Of a stretch of 64,000 nucleotides of DNA, positions 28,583 to 39,856 are shown piece after piece. The stretch is from contig JAGXAQ010000002.1 in NCBI GenBank assembly GCA_018971485.1, positions 171,706 through 235,705 on the forward strand, written 5' to 3'. Each line of letters begins with the position of its first letter. Position 1 is the stretch's first letter. Source of the stretch: Pseudomonadota bacterium. Lineage in GTDB: Bacteria; Pseudomonadota; Gammaproteobacteria; Burkholderiales; REEB80. The notes beneath the pieces are model-generated. The model searched no databases, was not told where the DNA came from, and saw nothing but the letters and a program-made list of their open reading frames with translations. The position numbers and the translations under genes are program-made.

Positions 28583-28821
28583 CAGATGATCCTGACACTT
28601 TTTTTAAACTGCTATGGTATAGAGTTCAACACAACCCGCCAAGATAAACAGCCCTTTCGCCCACAAATACCTTCATTATCCAGACCAAACCAGCAGAAAC
28701 CGGACAAACCAAAGCTTTTTACGCCCTGTATCCAAGCTAGACACACAGGATAGGAGTTGCGAAAATTTTAAAAAAATCTTATCATGCAAGGTTTTTACGG
28801 CACATTGTATGAGGAGTTTTT

Positions 28822-29085
28822 ATGGCCAATAGCGCACAGGCAAGAAAACGCGCGAGACAATCAATCAAGCAGCGTGCACATAACGCAAGCTTGCGCTCAA
28901 CTTTACGCACTGCCATCAAAAAAGTTACGAAAGCTATTGCAGCTGGGGACAAAGCAGCTGCCCAGACAATATACAACGAATCAGTCAGCGTTATCGACAG
29001 GATAGCTGACAAGAGGATTATTCATAAAAATAAGGCAGCCCGTCATAAAAGCCGCCTGAATAGCGCAATAAAGGCATTAGCTTAA
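28822..29085 (+). CDS. rpsT: 30S ribosomal protein S20
   Basis: [26 protein letters not shown], 87 aa. Confidence 0.95.
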   Translation: MANSAQARKRARQSIKQRAHNASLRSTLRTAIKKVTKAIAAGDKAAAQTIYNESVSVIDRIADKRIIHKNKAARHKSRLNSAIKALA

Positions 29086-29106
29086 ACCAGCCCCATCCTA
29101 TCTTCT

Positions 29107-29156
29107 AGCTGGACGTTTGAGAATAACCCTGCTTGCTGAAAAACAAACGTCCAGCT
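29107..29156. repeat. 13-bp perfect inverted repeat (AGCTGGACGTTTG ... CAAACGTCCAGCT) between convergent rpsT and the DUF3579 gene
   Basis: Read directly. Arms are at 29107-29119 and 29144-29156 with a 24-nt loop. Probably a bidirectional terminator-like hairpin, though there is no clean U-tract. Confidence 0.5.
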
Positions 29157-29165
29157 TAAATATAG

Positions 29166-29462
29166 CTAGCCTGCATCCTGATCGTTTGATTCAAACAACT
29201 TCAGATCATTATCTTTAGCAAAAGAGAGTAAAAAATGGTACGCCCGCTTATCCTTTTCCTCAAGGGTTTTGCTTACAGCTACACACTTGACTCCATCTAT
29301 ATCCACCGGACGAACATAAGGTGAATAGCACATACGGCGATTTTCACCAAAAGTTGAAAAAACACCTGATAGCCGCTCAGCCCAATCACTAGGCCTGAAA
29401 GTTTTACCAGCATTCGTCAAGCCTTGAATTATAATTTCCGAATTCGCGCCCATAGATCCCAC
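29166..29462 (-). CDS. DUF3579-like small protein
   Basis: 98 aa with the FRPSDWAERL...YSPYV pattern that I associate with betaproteobacterial DUF3579. Assignment is from memory. Confidence 0.5.
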   Translation of the reverse strand: MGSMGANSEIIIQGLTNAGKTFRPSDWAERLSGVFSTFGENRRMCYSPYVRPVDIDGVKCVAVSKTLEEKDKRAYHFLLSFAKDNDLKLFESNDQDAG

Positions 29463-29871
29463 ATTTCAAAAAAGTGACATTAATACAGGTTTCAGTGCCC
29501 AATGAAGCCCAATCCAATGAAACCCGGCAAAAAACCCGTTACAGTTTATCAGATAGTGGGCCAAAGCGTAACTCCAGGAAAGCGCCCACAACTTTTTAAC
29601 ACCTTCTATCCTTTACATAAGCAAGCAAGGCAGACAAACGAAACCTCCTTTTCAAACCGGATCAGCGCCGAAAACCAAAGTTGTGTTAGAATGAAGCCAA
29701 ATAACTTGCGGGAATAGCATTTTCAGATAAAAATTAACATTTTCTGGTTCGACAAACACGGCTACGACATCCATACGGGTATTCCCGTAATCACAAAGCG
29801 GCGTTGTTAACTGAACCCCTTTTCTGATCGGCTGATAGTCGAATTTAAAAAACAGGGACAATCAATCACAC

Positions 29872-29904
29872 GCACGGCGACCTGCTCCCCGTGCCTTTTG
29901 TTTT
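29872..29904 (+). terminator. terminator-like hairpin plus T-tract immediately upstream of argD
   Basis: GCACGG (29872-29877) pairs with CCGTGC (29889-29894) across an 11-nt loop, followed by CTTTTGTTTTG. It ends 12 nt before the argD ATG. Confidence 0.4.
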
Positions 29905-29915
29905 GATTCTACATT

Positions 29916-31097
29916 ATGTCTATATCACATTTAATGAATACATATGCCCGACTGCCTATCGCTTTTGATCACGGCAAAGGAGTCTGGTTATGGGATAAAG
30001 ATGGCAATCGTTATCTAGATGCCTTAAGTGGTATTGCCGTAAATGGCCTTGGACATGATCACCCAGATCTAACCCGAGCCATTAGCGAACAGGCAAAACG
30101 CCTCATTCATACATCCAATCTCTACAGGGTTACTGAGCAGGAAATGCTGTCTGAACGACTAGCGGAACTTTCGGGCATGCAGGAGGTTTTTTTCTGTAAC
30201 TCCGGAGCTGAAGCCAACGAAGCGGCGATCAAGCTGGCACGTCTATATGGTCATCGCAAAGGAATAACCTCCCCTACCATTATTGTAACCGAAAAAAGTT
30301 TTCATGGACGCACGATTGCAACTCTTTCTGCAACAGGCAACAGAAAAGTACAGGCAGGATTCGAACCGCTGGTTGCTGGCTTTATCCGCGTTCCATATGG
30401 AAATGCAGATGTGATTCAACCTACAGCCGAACACCTTAGCAGTATTGTCGGTATACTGGTAGAACCCATACAAGGCGAGGGCGGAATCAATGTACCCCAC
30501 CCCGATTATCTGCCAGCCTTACGGGCACTTTGTGATACCCATGGATGGCTATTAATTCTGGACGAGATCCAAAGTGGCATTGCCCGAACTGGCAACTGGT
30601 TTGCCTATCAGCATTCTGGCGTACGACCAGACGTGATGACTCTTGCCAAAGGATTAGGCTCAGGTGTTCCAATTGGTGCCTGCTTGGCTTCAGGCGTAGC
30701 AGCAGGGGTCTTCGGGCCAGGAAATCACGGTTCAACATTTGGTGGAAACCCACTAGCCTGTGTTGCTGCATTAACCACGCTGAATGTAATTGAAAGAGAT
30801 GGTTTGATAACACATGCCAAACAGCTTGGCGAATTTTTACTTACGGCCTTGTCAACCCAGCTACGTGATCAAAAAGGAGTCACCACAATTCGTGGCCATG
30901 GCCTTATGATCGGTATTGAGCTAGACAGGCCTTGCACACGGCTTGTAATGGATGCACTTGAGCAGGGGCTATTAATTAATGTCACCTCTGATAACGTCAT
31001 CAGGCTTCTGCCACCATTAGTCATGAAACATGAAGAAGCTGAAGAATTAATTAAACGGCTCATTCCATTAATTAAACGTTTTCTGGCTGAAGGCTAA
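29916..31097 (+). CDS. argD: acetylornithine aminotransferase
   Basis: 393 aa class-III PLP aminotransferase with FCNSGAEANEAAIKLAR, DEIQSGIARTG and a TLAKGLG lysine. Confidence 0.85.
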   Translation: MSISHLMNTYARLPIAFDHGKGVWLWDKDGNRYLDALSGIAVNGLGHDHPDLTRAISEQAKRLIHTSNLYRVTEQEMLSERLAELSGMQEVFFCNSGAEANEAAIKLARLYGHRKGITSPTIIVTEKSFHGRTIATLSATGNRKVQAGFEPLVAGFIRVPYGNADVIQPTAEHLSSIVGILVEPIQGEGGINVPHPDYLPALRALCDTHGWLLILDEIQSGIARTGNWFAYQHSGVRPDVMTLAKGLGSGVPIGACLASGVAAGVFGPGNHGSTFGGNPLACVAALTTLNVIERDGLITHAKQLGEFLLTALSTQLRDQKGVTTIRGHGLMIGIELDRPCTRLVMDALEQGLLINVTSDNVIRLLPPLVMKHEEAEELIKRLIPLIKRFLAEG

Positions 31098-31126
31098 TTC
31101 AACAAACCCAAACAAGGCAGTTTCTT

Positions 31127-32044
31127 ATGCAAGTCAGGCATTTTTTACAATTCAAGGATTTAACCCAAAGCGAACTGGATTATCTGTTTCGCAGGGCCGC
31201 TGTACTCAAGCGCATGTTAAAACAAGGGGAACTTTACCAACCACTCATAGCACAGTCCCTGGCCATGATTTTTCAGAAAAATTCCACCAGGACCAGAGTG
31301 TCTTTTGAAACAGGAATGTACCAGCTCGGAGGAACCGCACTTTTCTTATCTCCAAGAGATACCCAGCTAGGGCGTGCTGAACCTATCGAAGACACTGCAC
31401 GCGTCCTGTCAAGGATGGTCAATATTGTCATGATTAGAACCTTTGAACAGGAGATTGTTGAACGTTTTGCAAAACATTCAGCAGTTCCGGTTATCAACGG
31501 GCTGACAGATGAATATCATCCCTGCCAAATTCTAGCAGACATTTTTACCTATATTGAAAAACGGGGTCCAATTAAAGGACGGACTGTTGCCTGGATTGGT
31601 GACTCAAACAATGTCTGCAACAGCTGGATGCAGGCTGCCCAGATTCTGGACTTCAACCTGCACGTTTGTACACCACCAGGGTATGAAATTGAGCCTGAGC
31701 GTGTCGGTAACTTTGATTCCATGCACGTTGAATGCTTTACCAACCCCAATGAGGCAGCCATAGGGGCTGATCTAGTCACAACCGATGTCTGGACAAGCAT
31801 GGGCTATGAAGATGAAACCGAAGAACGAAAGCTTGATTTTGCTGATTTCAGGGTAGATGAGGAAATGATGCAACTGGCTCATCCTGACGCCCTTTTCATG
31901 CACTGCCTACCGGCTCACAGAGGAGAAGAAGTCCAGGCAGAGGTTATTGATGGACCGCAATCTGTTGTCTGGGATGAAGCTGAAAACCGTTTACATACAC
32001 AAAAGGCGCTGATGGAATTTCTACTGATTGGTAAAGTCCAATAA
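31127..32044 (+). CDS. argF: ornithine carbamoyltransferase
   Basis: STRTR, HPCQ and [10 protein letters not shown] motifs, 305 aa. Confidence 0.9.
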   Translation: MQVRHFLQFKDLTQSELDYLFRRAAVLKRMLKQGELYQPLIAQSLAMIFQKNSTRTRVSFETGMYQLGGTALFLSPRDTQLGRAEPIEDTARVLSRMVNIVMIRTFEQEIVERFAKHSAVPVINGLTDEYHPCQILADIFTYIEKRGPIKGRTVAWIGDSNNVCNSWMQAAQILDFNLHVCTPPGYEIEPERVGNFDSMHVECFTNPNEAAIGADLVTTDVWTSMGYEDETEERKLDFADFRVDEEMMQLAHPDALFMHCLPAHRGEEVQAEVIDGPQSVVWDEAENRLHTQKALMEFLLIGKVQ

Positions 32045-32070
32045 CATTCATAACCTGCAGGACATCTTCA

Positions 32071-33294
32071 ATGCAAAACGTCAAGAAAGTTGTACTTGCC
32101 TACTCAGGCGGCCTGGATACTTCAGTCATTCTAAAATGGCTTCAGGATACCTACCAATGTGAAGTTGTAACCTTTACTGCCGATATCGGCCAAGGTGAAG
32201 AAGTTGAACCCGCCCGAGAAAAAGCCAGAAAACTCGGGGTCAAGGAAATTTTCATTGAAGACCTGAAGGAAGAATTCGTCAAGGATTTTGTCTACCCCAT
32301 GTTTAGGGCCAACACCCTCTACGAAGGGGAATACCTGCTTGGCACATCTATCGCACGCCCCCTTATTGCCAAACGCCAGATTGAAATTGCCCGAAAGACA
32401 GGCGCAGATGCGGTATCTCATGGGGCTACCGGCAAAGGAAACGATCAAGTCCGGTTTGAGCTCGGCTATTATGCCCTAGAACCCAATATCCGGGTTATCG
32501 CCCCCTGGAGAGAATGGGATCTTACCTCACGTGACAAACTTCTTAACTATGCAGAACGCCACGGGATAGACATTACCCGTAAAAAAGGGGGGGGCTCACC
32601 CTATTCCATGGATGCCAATCTTTTACACATCTCATATGAGGGCGGTATTCTTGAAAATCCTGCAAATGAACCCGAAGAAAACATGTGGCGCTGGACCTCT
32701 TCACCTGAGAATGCACCAGATTCTTCTGAATATATTGAATTGACATATCAAAATGGGGATATTACAGCACTCAATGGCACACCTATGAGCCCGGCGCAAA
32801 TTCTTGCCGAACTCAACCAGCTGGGCAACAAGCATGGTATTGGACGACTTGATATAGTTGAAAACCGCTACGTTGGCATGAAATCCCGGGGATGTTACGA
32901 AACTCCGGGGGGAACTATTATGCTCAAGGCACACCGTGCTATCGAATCTATTACCCTGGATCGTGAAACTGCTCACCTCAAGGACGATCTAATGCCACGA
33001 TATGCCTCCCTTATCTATAATGGTTACTGGTGGAGCCCCGAAAGGCGGCTCATTCAGAATATGATAGATAGTTCACAAAAAAGGGTTAACGGCCAGGTTC
33101 GACTCAAACTCTACAAGGGTAATGTAACTGTAGTTGGACGTGAGTCAGCAACAGACTCTCTATTCGATACAAGCATAGCCACTTTTGAAGATGATGCAGG
33201 AGCCTACAACCAGCAAGATGCCGAAGGATTTATCAAGCTAAACGCCCTACGCATGCGTATCAGCGCAAAATTTCGTAAATCGGATCCACTATGA
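32071..33294 (+). CDS. argG: argininosuccinate synthase
   Basis: AYSGGLDTS and [13 protein letters not shown] motifs, 407 aa. Confidence 0.95.
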   Translation: MQNVKKVVLAYSGGLDTSVILKWLQDTYQCEVVTFTADIGQGEEVEPAREKARKLGVKEIFIEDLKEEFVKDFVYPMFRANTLYEGEYLLGTSIARPLIAKRQIEIARKTGADAVSHGATGKGNDQVRFELGYYALEPNIRVIAPWREWDLTSRDKLLNYAERHGIDITRKKGGGSPYSMDANLLHISYEGGILENPANEPEENMWRWTSSPENAPDSSEYIELTYQNGDITALNGTPMSPAQILAELNQLGNKHGIGRLDIVENRYVGMKSRGCYETPGGTIMLKAHRAIESITLDRETAHLKDDLMPRYASLIYNGYWWSPERRLIQNMIDSSQKRVNGQVRLKLYKGNVTVVGRESATDSLFDTSIATFEDDAGAYNQQDAEGFIKLNALRMRISAKFRKSDPL

Positions 33295-33602
33295 AACATT
33301 TTAAGAATGTAACTGTTCTAACAAAAGCTAATATTTATTTTGACGGGAAATGTGTAAGCCATACCATAGAGTGTTCCGACGGCTCTAAAAAAACACTTGG
33401 GGTCATTTTCCCTGGTCGGCTCACCTTCAATACGAATGCCCCTGAACGCATGCAAATAACGGATGGCACATGCCGGGTCAGAATTGCCCAGGATCCTTCC
33501 TCTCAGCAGTATCAGGCCGGACAATCGTTCAGCATTCCTGCCAACTCCTCATTTGAAATTGAAACAGAAGAAGTATTAAATTATATCTGTCACTTTGAAT
33601 AA
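33291..33602 (+). CDS. ppnP: pyrimidine/purine nucleoside phosphorylase PpnP (DUF1255)
   Basis: 103 aa cupin with [13 protein letters not shown]...G...PG.L.F.T..PE.M. Confidence 0.8.
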   Translation: MKHFKNVTVLTKANIYFDGKCVSHTIECSDGSKKTLGVIFPGRLTFNTNAPERMQITDGTCRVRIAQDPSSQQYQAGQSFSIPANSSFEIETEEVLNYICHFE

Positions 33603-33614
33603 GGATGCTTATTT

Positions 33615-34100
33615 ATGCCTTCATTTGATATTGTCTCAGAAGTAGATAAACAGGAAATACGGAATGCGCTTGAACAGGCCAATCGCGAAATCTCTACACG
33701 GTTTGACTTTAAGGGCTCAGATGCGCGGGTTGAGCTAAACGGGCTTACCATGTCCCTCTTTGCTGATGATGCCTTTAAGCTCGATCAGATAACCGATATC
33801 CTGCACAATAAACTAGTCAAACGAAGCATTAACTTAAAATGTCTGGCGCCTGAGGAGCCCCAGAAAATTAGCGGCAACAAAGTTAAGCAAACCGTTCAAA
33901 TCAAGACTGGAATCGAAGCAGAACTGGCAAAGAAGATAGGCCGGACACTAAAAGACAGCAAGCTCAAGATTCAATCAAGTATCCAAGGCGACAGCATGCG
34001 GGTATCAGGTACCAAAAGAGACACCCTGCAAGAAGCAATTGCCCTCATCAAAAAAACCCATACCGAATTACCCTTGCAATTCGCTAATTTCAGGGACTAA
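33615..34100 (+). CDS. yajQ: YajQ-family nucleotide (c-di-GMP) binding protein
   Basis: [34 protein letters not shown], 161 aa. Confidence 0.85.
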   Translation: MPSFDIVSEVDKQEIRNALEQANREISTRFDFKGSDARVELNGLTMSLFADDAFKLDQITDILHNKLVKRSINLKCLAPEEPQKISGNKVKQTVQIKTGIEAELAKKIGRTLKDSKLKIQSSIQGDSMRVSGTKRDTLQEAIALIKKTHTELPLQFANFRD

Positions 34101-34156
34101 AGACTAACTGCTACACCCTGACCTACAGCAAGACCACAAACACCAGAACAATTCAC

Positions 34157-34960
34157 TCATTCAGCACGTTTGTCCTTATGAATCAGGGCATATGCAGAAT
34201 GATTATGAATAGATTCAAAATTTTCAGATTCTACTGTAAAAGCCACAATCCGATCATCCTTTGCCAGACGGGCCGCAACATCACGAACCATATCCTCAAC
34301 AAATTTTGGATTATCATACGCCTGTTCCGTCACATACTTCTCATCCGGCCGCTTAAGCAGGCCATAAAGCTCACAGGAGGCTTCTTCTTCAACAATCCGA
34401 ATCAAATCTTCAATCCATACAAGACCATTGGTCGTTACTGTCACAGTTACATGCGAACGCTGGTTATGTGCCCCATAACTTGAAATCTCTTTTGAACAAG
34501 GACAAAGACTTGTAACAGGAACAACAACCCTCATCTCTAATTCATAGTGACCATCACGAATCTCTCCATTATAGGTGACTTCGTAATCCAGCAGGCTTTG
34601 CACGCCTGATACCGGGGCAGATTTATTGATGAAATAAGGAAAACTCATTTCAATATGACCTGAACCTGCCTCCAAACGCTTAACCATATCCCGCAGCATG
34701 GGTTCAAAAGAACGCACAGAGATTTCCCGTTCATGGCTATTAAGAATCTCCACAAACCTCGACATGTGTGTCCCCTTGAAATTATGGGGTAAATGGACAT
34801 ACATATTAAACAGAGCAATCGTATGCTGAATGCCACCATTTTTATCAGCAACTTTTACTGGATGACGAATAGCCTTGATTCCTACCCGATCAATTGCCAG
34901 TTTTCGGGTATCAGGAGTATTTTGTACATCTGCTATCGGCAATACTTCACATTGATTCAT
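34157..34960 (-). CDS. folE2: GTP cyclohydrolase FolE2 (type IB)
   Basis: [20 protein letters not shown] motifs. The ATG at 34960 follows a GGAAG RBS. The ORF-track start is a TTG. Confidence 0.85.
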   Translation of the reverse strand: MNQCEVLPIADVQNTPDTRKLAIDRVGIKAIRHPVKVADKNGGIQHTIALFNMYVHLPHNFKGTHMSRFVEILNSHEREISVRSFEPMLRDMVKRLEAGSGHIEMSFPYFINKSAPVSGVQSLLDYEVTYNGEIRDGHYELEMRVVVPVTSLCPCSKEISSYGAHNQRSHVTVTVTTNGLVWIEDLIRIVEEEASCELYGLLKRPDEKYVTEQAYDNPKFVEDMVRDVAARLAKDDRIVAFTVESENFESIHNHSAYALIHKDKRAE

Positions 34961-35029
34961 GATGGCTTCCAAAATTACGGCACGTGCGCACTATCGAGAA
35001 TTATATGACAAAGACTATACCTGAGCAAT

Positions 35030-36877
35030 CTACTCGGATAATCTTGACAGTATCGAGGCTAAAATTCCTGCTGAATCCAGCCCACAACGAGCAAGCAATT
35101 CTGCCTGGGAGCCATGTTCAACAGGCGCATCTGGTAATCCAAGCTGCAGAACCGGAATCCGGATACCCCGACGCTCCAGACTTTCCAAAACAGCTGAACC
35201 AGCACCGCCCATGATGACATTTTCTTCAACTGTAACAATCAGATCATGGCCAGAAGATAGTTTTTCGAGCAATTCATCATCCAGTGGCTTAATAAACCGC
35301 ATGTTCACAAGCGTGGCATCCAGCTTATCCGCTGCTGCCAAAGAAGACATGACAAGACTACCGAATGCACAAATAGCAATCCTTTTCCCCTGCCGGAGGA
35401 TTTCACCCCGACCAATAGGTAATACATGCATTGGTTGTTCAACCCTTGCACCACATCCAGCTCCGCGAGGGTAACGTACTGCAGTTGGGGTATTTTGCAT
35501 ATAAGCGGTATACAGCATCTGGCGACACTCATTTTCATCCTTTGGTGCCATAATCATCATATTAGGCAGACAGCGCAAAAAACTTAAATCATACGCCCCC
35601 ATGTGGGTTGAACCATCAGCACCAACTATTCCTGCCCGATCAATGGCAAACATGACTGGAAGCTTCTGGACAACAATATCATGAATCAACTGGTCATAAG
35701 CCCGTTGTAGAAAGGTGGAATAAACTGCTACTACGGGTTTATATCCCTCACAAGCCAGACCGGCAGCAAAGGTTAATGCATGCTGTTCAGCAATTCCTAC
35801 ATCAAAATAGCGTTCTGGATATTCCTCGGCAAACCGGACCAAGCCAGAACCTTCACGCATCGCAGGTGTAATTGCCACCAGATGTTTGTCGACTGCAGCC
35901 ATATCACATATCCAGTCACCAAACACCTGGGTGTAAGATGGGCGCGTTGAAGGCGCTGGCTGATCCATACCATTTTGCGGATCAAACTTGGTGACACCAT
36001 GATAAAAACACGGATCATCTTCTGCAAGCTTATAGCCCTTGCCCTTTTTAGTCACAACATGCAGAAACTGAGGCCCTTTGAAATCACGAATATTCTGAAG
36101 TGAAGACAGCAGGGCATCCAAATCATGCCCATCAATTGGACCAATATAATTAAAGCCAAACTCTTCAAACAGTGTGCCTGGCATCATCATACCCTTGACA
36201 TGCTCTTCCGCACGTTTGGCCAGTTCCAAAATACTCGGCGCCATACCCAGCACTTTTTCTCCACCCCGACGAACCACAGAATAAAAACGACTCGCCAGCA
36301 ATTTGGCAAGGTATTGATTCAATGCACCCACATTAGGCGAGATTGACATATCATTATCATTCAATACCACCAGTAAATTAGCGTCCATTGCACCTGCATT
36401 GTTCAATGCTTCAAAAGCCATTCCTGCCGTCATAGCCCCGTCACCAATGACCGCAACAACCTTACGATCTTCGCCTCTCAGACGTGCGGCAACAGCCATA
36501 CCTAATGCTGCAGAGATCGAAGTCGAAGAATGGCCCGTACCGAAAGTATCATATTCACTTTCCTCGCGCCGAGGAAACCCGGATATACCACCTAGCATCC
36601 GTAAATGCTGCATGGCAAGACGCCGCCCTGTCAAAACCTTATGGGCATAAACCTGGTGACCCACATCCCAGACCAAACGATCATAAGGCGTGTTATAGAT
36701 ATAATGTAATGCAATGGTTAACTCAACTGTTCCAAGATTTGAGGCAAGATGCCCCCCTGTTTTAGATACGCTATCCAGTAAAAAAGCACGAAGCTCATCA
36801 GCGACTTCATGCAATGCCTCCCGATCCAGATTACGTAAATCAGCGGGTGAGTTAATCCTGTCAAGATATTCAGTCAT
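35030..36877 (-). CDS. dxs: 1-deoxy-D-xylulose-5-phosphate synthase
   Basis: 615 aa with [21 protein letters not shown] and [15 protein letters not shown] motifs. Confidence 0.95.
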   Translation of the reverse strand: MTEYLDRINSPADLRNLDREALHEVADELRAFLLDSVSKTGGHLASNLGTVELTIALHYIYNTPYDRLVWDVGHQVYAHKVLTGRRLAMQHLRMLGGISGFPRREESEYDTFGTGHSSTSISAALGMAVAARLRGEDRKVVAVIGDGAMTAGMAFEALNNAGAMDANLLVVLNDNDMSISPNVGALNQYLAKLLASRFYSVVRRGGEKVLGMAPSILELAKRAEEHVKGMMMPGTLFEEFGFNYIGPIDGHDLDALLSSLQNIRDFKGPQFLHVVTKKGKGYKLAEDDPCFYHGVTKFDPQNGMDQPAPSTRPSYTQVFGDWICDMAAVDKHLVAITPAMREGSGLVRFAEEYPERYFDVGIAEQHALTFAAGLACEGYKPVVAVYSTFLQRAYDQLIHDIVVQKLPVMFAIDRAGIVGADGSTHMGAYDLSFLRCLPNMMIMAPKDENECRQMLYTAYMQNTPTAVRYPRGAGCGARVEQPMHVLPIGRGEILRQGKRIAICAFGSLVMSSLAAADKLDATLVNMRFIKPLDDELLEKLSSGHDLIVTVEENVIMGGAGSAVLESLERRGIRIPVLQLGLPDAPVEHGSQAELLARCGLDSAGILASILSRLSE

Positions 36878-36882
36878 GAGTT

Positions 36883-37770
36883 TCAGAACTGCCGTTGCAA
36901 AATAAAATCAGCAAGCGCGGCAAGATAACGGCCTTTTTGCCCAAAGGGCGAAACCGAACCAATAGCCGACAGATGTAAATCCATAGCTAATCGACGTGCT
37001 GCATCAAGAGTTAAAATAGTGGCATAGGTCGGTTTATGATGGTATGCATCCTTACCAGCCGTCTTACCAAGCATCTGGGTCGAGGCGGTAGCATCAAGCA
37101 CATCATCCACCACCTGAAATAACAATCCGACCTGTTTTCCAAAAATATCCAGCATTAATTCTTGCTCATGATCCCAGTGCCCTGCGAGTCCGCCCAGCAT
37201 AACAGCAGCATGAATAAGGCTACCCGTTTTAAGCTGATGCATGCGCTCAATCTGATCATGATTTAGGGATTGGCCGATATGTTCAAAATCAATCGCCTGT
37301 CCTCCTACCATCCCATCCGGGCCTACCGCATGTGTTAAAGTTCTCAACAGAAGTGTTATCCGTTCAGACCCCAACGTAGCCAGATGGTTCACCAACAATT
37401 CAAAGGCCCTTGTCTGAAGGGCATCACCTGCCAGAAGCGCCATTGCCTGGCCAAACTGGACATGGCAGGCCGGCTTTCCACGCCGAAGAACGTCATTATC
37501 CATTTCCGGCATATCATCATGCACAAGCGAATAGGCATGAATCATTTCTACTGCAGCAGCAATGATCTCAAGATGGTCTATAGACGCACCAACACTTTCA
37601 CCAGCAGCAAATACAAGCAGGCTACGTATGCGTTTCCCGCCATCAAGAACAGCATAACGCATAGCTTCATACAAACCCGCCAGATCCTGAGAAGGTGCCT
37701 GCAGGCATCGGGAAAGCACCCCTTCCATCCTTTGCTGAATGCCTAAGGCCCAGTCTGAAAAATTAGTCAC
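36883..37770 (-). CDS. ispA: (2E,6E)-farnesyl diphosphate synthase
   Basis: [12 protein letters not shown] and FQVVDDVLD aspartate-rich motifs. ispA-dxs synteny. Confidence 0.9.
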   Translation of the reverse strand: MTNFSDWALGIQQRMEGVLSRCLQAPSQDLAGLYEAMRYAVLDGGKRIRSLLVFAAGESVGASIDHLEIIAAAVEMIHAYSLVHDDMPEMDNDVLRRGKPACHVQFGQAMALLAGDALQTRAFELLVNHLATLGSERITLLLRTLTHAVGPDGMVGGQAIDFEHIGQSLNHDQIERMHQLKTGSLIHAAVMLGGLAGHWDHEQELMLDIFGKQVGLLFQVVDDVLDATASTQMLGKTAGKDAYHHKPTYATILTLDAARRLAMDLHLSAIGSVSPFGQKGRYLAALADFILQRQF

Positions 37771-37995
37771 TCTGCAAAATTCCGAAAATAAAATCAGGGT
37801 AAATCTGCCACATCACAGAAAAGATTGTGAAATATATAAAAGTATCGAAACATACCCTATTCAACCTGGCCGGTCAATCTGGTCAAATTAACTTTGACCC
37901 TAAAAAGCCTTGAGTTTTACGGGTAAAACAATATAATGAGCAATTTGTTTTCGAGCCTGCCCGCTCGATGTTTACACTACTCCACAGGGGGGTAT

Positions 37996-39105
37996 ATGAC
38001 ACATCTAGCAGACGCTTCTTCACTCGTTCAGGCAAACGCTCAGTTACCTGTTTCCTGGTACATTGAACCCCAAGTTCACGATATTGAACAGCAAAATTTA
38101 TTCTGCCGTTCAGCATATTATTTAGGTCATGCTTTGATGGTACCTAATATGGGTGACTTTCATGCCATTTCCTGGCTTGATGAAGCAAAAACAATCGTAC
38201 ATAGCCAAAACGGAATAGAATGCCTTAGCAATATCTGCAGGCACAGACAAGCTATAATGCTTAACGGTAGAGGAAACACCTCTAATATTGTCTGCCCTTT
38301 GCACCGCTGGACTTATGATCTAAAAGGAAACCTGCTTGGAGCTCCGCATTTTCAGCAAAACCCCTGCCTTAAGCTTGATTCTATCCCCCTCACCAACTGG
38401 AATGGTCTTTTATTTACAGGCCCCCGTGACGTTCTAGCTGATCTTGGACATATTGGCGTCATGAAGGATCTCGATTTTAAAGGATATATTTTTGATCGTT
38501 ATGAAATAACCAGTTATCCCTTTAACTGGAAAACGTTCATTGAAGTCTACCTTGAAGACTATCATGTAGCACCGTTTCATCCAGGACTCGGGCAATTTGT
38601 TGACTGCAATTCCCTTCAATGGGAATTCGGTGACTGGTATAGCATCCAAACAGTCGGGGTTCATGAAGCTTTAAATAAACCCGGAACAGCTACCTACAAA
38701 CGCTGGCATGAACAGGTACTCACCTACAATAACGGAACTCCACCTATCCATGGGGCAATCTGGATGCTTTATTACCCTAATATCATGATTGAATGGTATC
38801 CCAATGTACTGGTTATCAGTACCATATTGCCTACAGGGCCTCAATCTTGTAAAAACATTGTTGAATTTTACTACCCAGAAGAAATCGCACTCTTTGAACG
38901 GGATCTGGTGGAGGCTGAACAGGCTGCCTATCGTGAAACGGCCAAGGAAGATGAAGAAATATGTACCCGCATGCAAAGAGGGCGCCATGCTCTTTATCTC
39001 CAAGGAAAAAATGAAACCGGGCCTTACCAGTCCCCTCTAGAAGATGGCATGATCCATTTTCATGAATTCTTACATCGCGAGCTAGATCCCTTTCTGACCA
39101 CATAA
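37996..39105 (+). CDS. Rieske [2Fe-2S] ring-hydroxylating oxygenase alpha-subunit-like protein
   Basis: Rieske motif CRHR...x16...CPLHRW. The catalytic domain has NWK..E.YLEDYH....H. Start preferred at the ATG at 37996 (GGGGGG upstream). The ORF also opens at 37936. Confidence 0.75.
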   Translation: MTHLADASSLVQANAQLPVSWYIEPQVHDIEQQNLFCRSAYYLGHALMVPNMGDFHAISWLDEAKTIVHSQNGIECLSNICRHRQAIMLNGRGNTSNIVCPLHRWTYDLKGNLLGAPHFQQNPCLKLDSIPLTNWNGLLFTGPRDVLADLGHIGVMKDLDFKGYIFDRYEITSYPFNWKTFIEVYLEDYHVAPFHPGLGQFVDCNSLQWEFGDWYSIQTVGVHEALNKPGTATYKRWHEQVLTYNNGTPPIHGAIWMLYYPNIMIEWYPNVLVISTILPTGPQSCKNIVEFYYPEEIALFERDLVEAEQAAYRETAKEDEEICTRMQRGRHALYLQGKNETGPYQSPLEDGMIHFHEFLHRELDPFLTT

Positions 39106-39109
39106 CAAC

Positions 39110-39544
39110 CTAATTCAATAAATCCACTCTCTTTTTAACCCTGCTCATAGTATCACTACAAATTTTTAATTCGGCAGAGGAAACATCAGCCAAAACTTCC
39201 AGGCGCAGGTTTTCAGCAATTTGCTCAATTTGAAGTAAAAGGGGTGCCGCCTTTACAGTCAAGTGAATCTTTCGAATACGCCGATCTGCCAAGGAAGGGG
39301 TTCTGGTTATCAGCCCGTCTATCTCAAGGCGGTCCAGCAAGCGAACCAAGGTAGGCCCTTCAATACCAATGAGTTTGGCAAGCTCTTTTTGAATCAATCC
39401 TTCGGGATGATGAAAAACATACAGCAATGTTACCCATTTTGCCTGACTCAGACCGAACACCCGTAACCGTTCGTCAAGCTTATTACGCCACGCGCGAGAC
39501 AGCGCTACTAAAGCCAGACCAAACTCCTGTTTCGGGTTATCCAT
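39110..39544 (-). CDS. MarR-family transcriptional regulator
   Basis: 144 aa with a winged helix: LSQAKWVTLLYV....GLIQKELAKLIGIEGPTLVRLLDRLE.DGLI.R...DRR. Confidence 0.8.
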   Translation of the reverse strand: MDNPKQEFGLALVALSRAWRNKLDERLRVFGLSQAKWVTLLYVFHHPEGLIQKELAKLIGIEGPTLVRLLDRLEIDGLITRTPSLADRRIRKIHLTVKAAPLLLQIEQIAENLRLEVLADVSSAELKICSDTMSRVKKRVDLLN

Positions 39545-39783
39545 ATATCAACCTCAAAAAGGATTAATTTTAGTCTTGATTGTAATAAATCTAAACTTCT
39601 AAGAATGATTTAGATCAAAATCATAAAAACTATATTACCGTCAACTGCAACAGGTGGTTATCTGTAAAACTTCCCCTAAATCAACAATCCAGCACTCAAA
39701 CCGGATCCCGTTTTTTATCCAAATTCATTCCTGTAACACTATCAGTATCAAACTTTACCAAAGTCTTGCAATTTATCGTTCAT

Positions 39784-39817
39784 AAAAAAACGCGCCTGGA
39801 TATATTCCAAGCGCGTT
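39784..39817 (-). terminator. rho-independent terminator downstream of clpA
   Basis: AACGCGC (39789-39795) pairs with GCGCGTT (39811-39817) as a 7-bp stem. On the minus strand it is followed by a T7 tract (A-run at 39784-39790). 40 nt after the clpA stop. Confidence 0.6.
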
Positions 39818-39856
39818 AGACCTGATAGCAATAAAAAATAGGTTTTAAGCTTACCC

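Noticed and set aside
29502-29861. ORFs of 71 aa (plus strand) and 69 aa (minus strand) in the rpsT-argD region as real genes.
   Set aside because: No RBS or family signal, and the two overlap each other. They are treated as part of an unexplained non-coding region instead (see finding).
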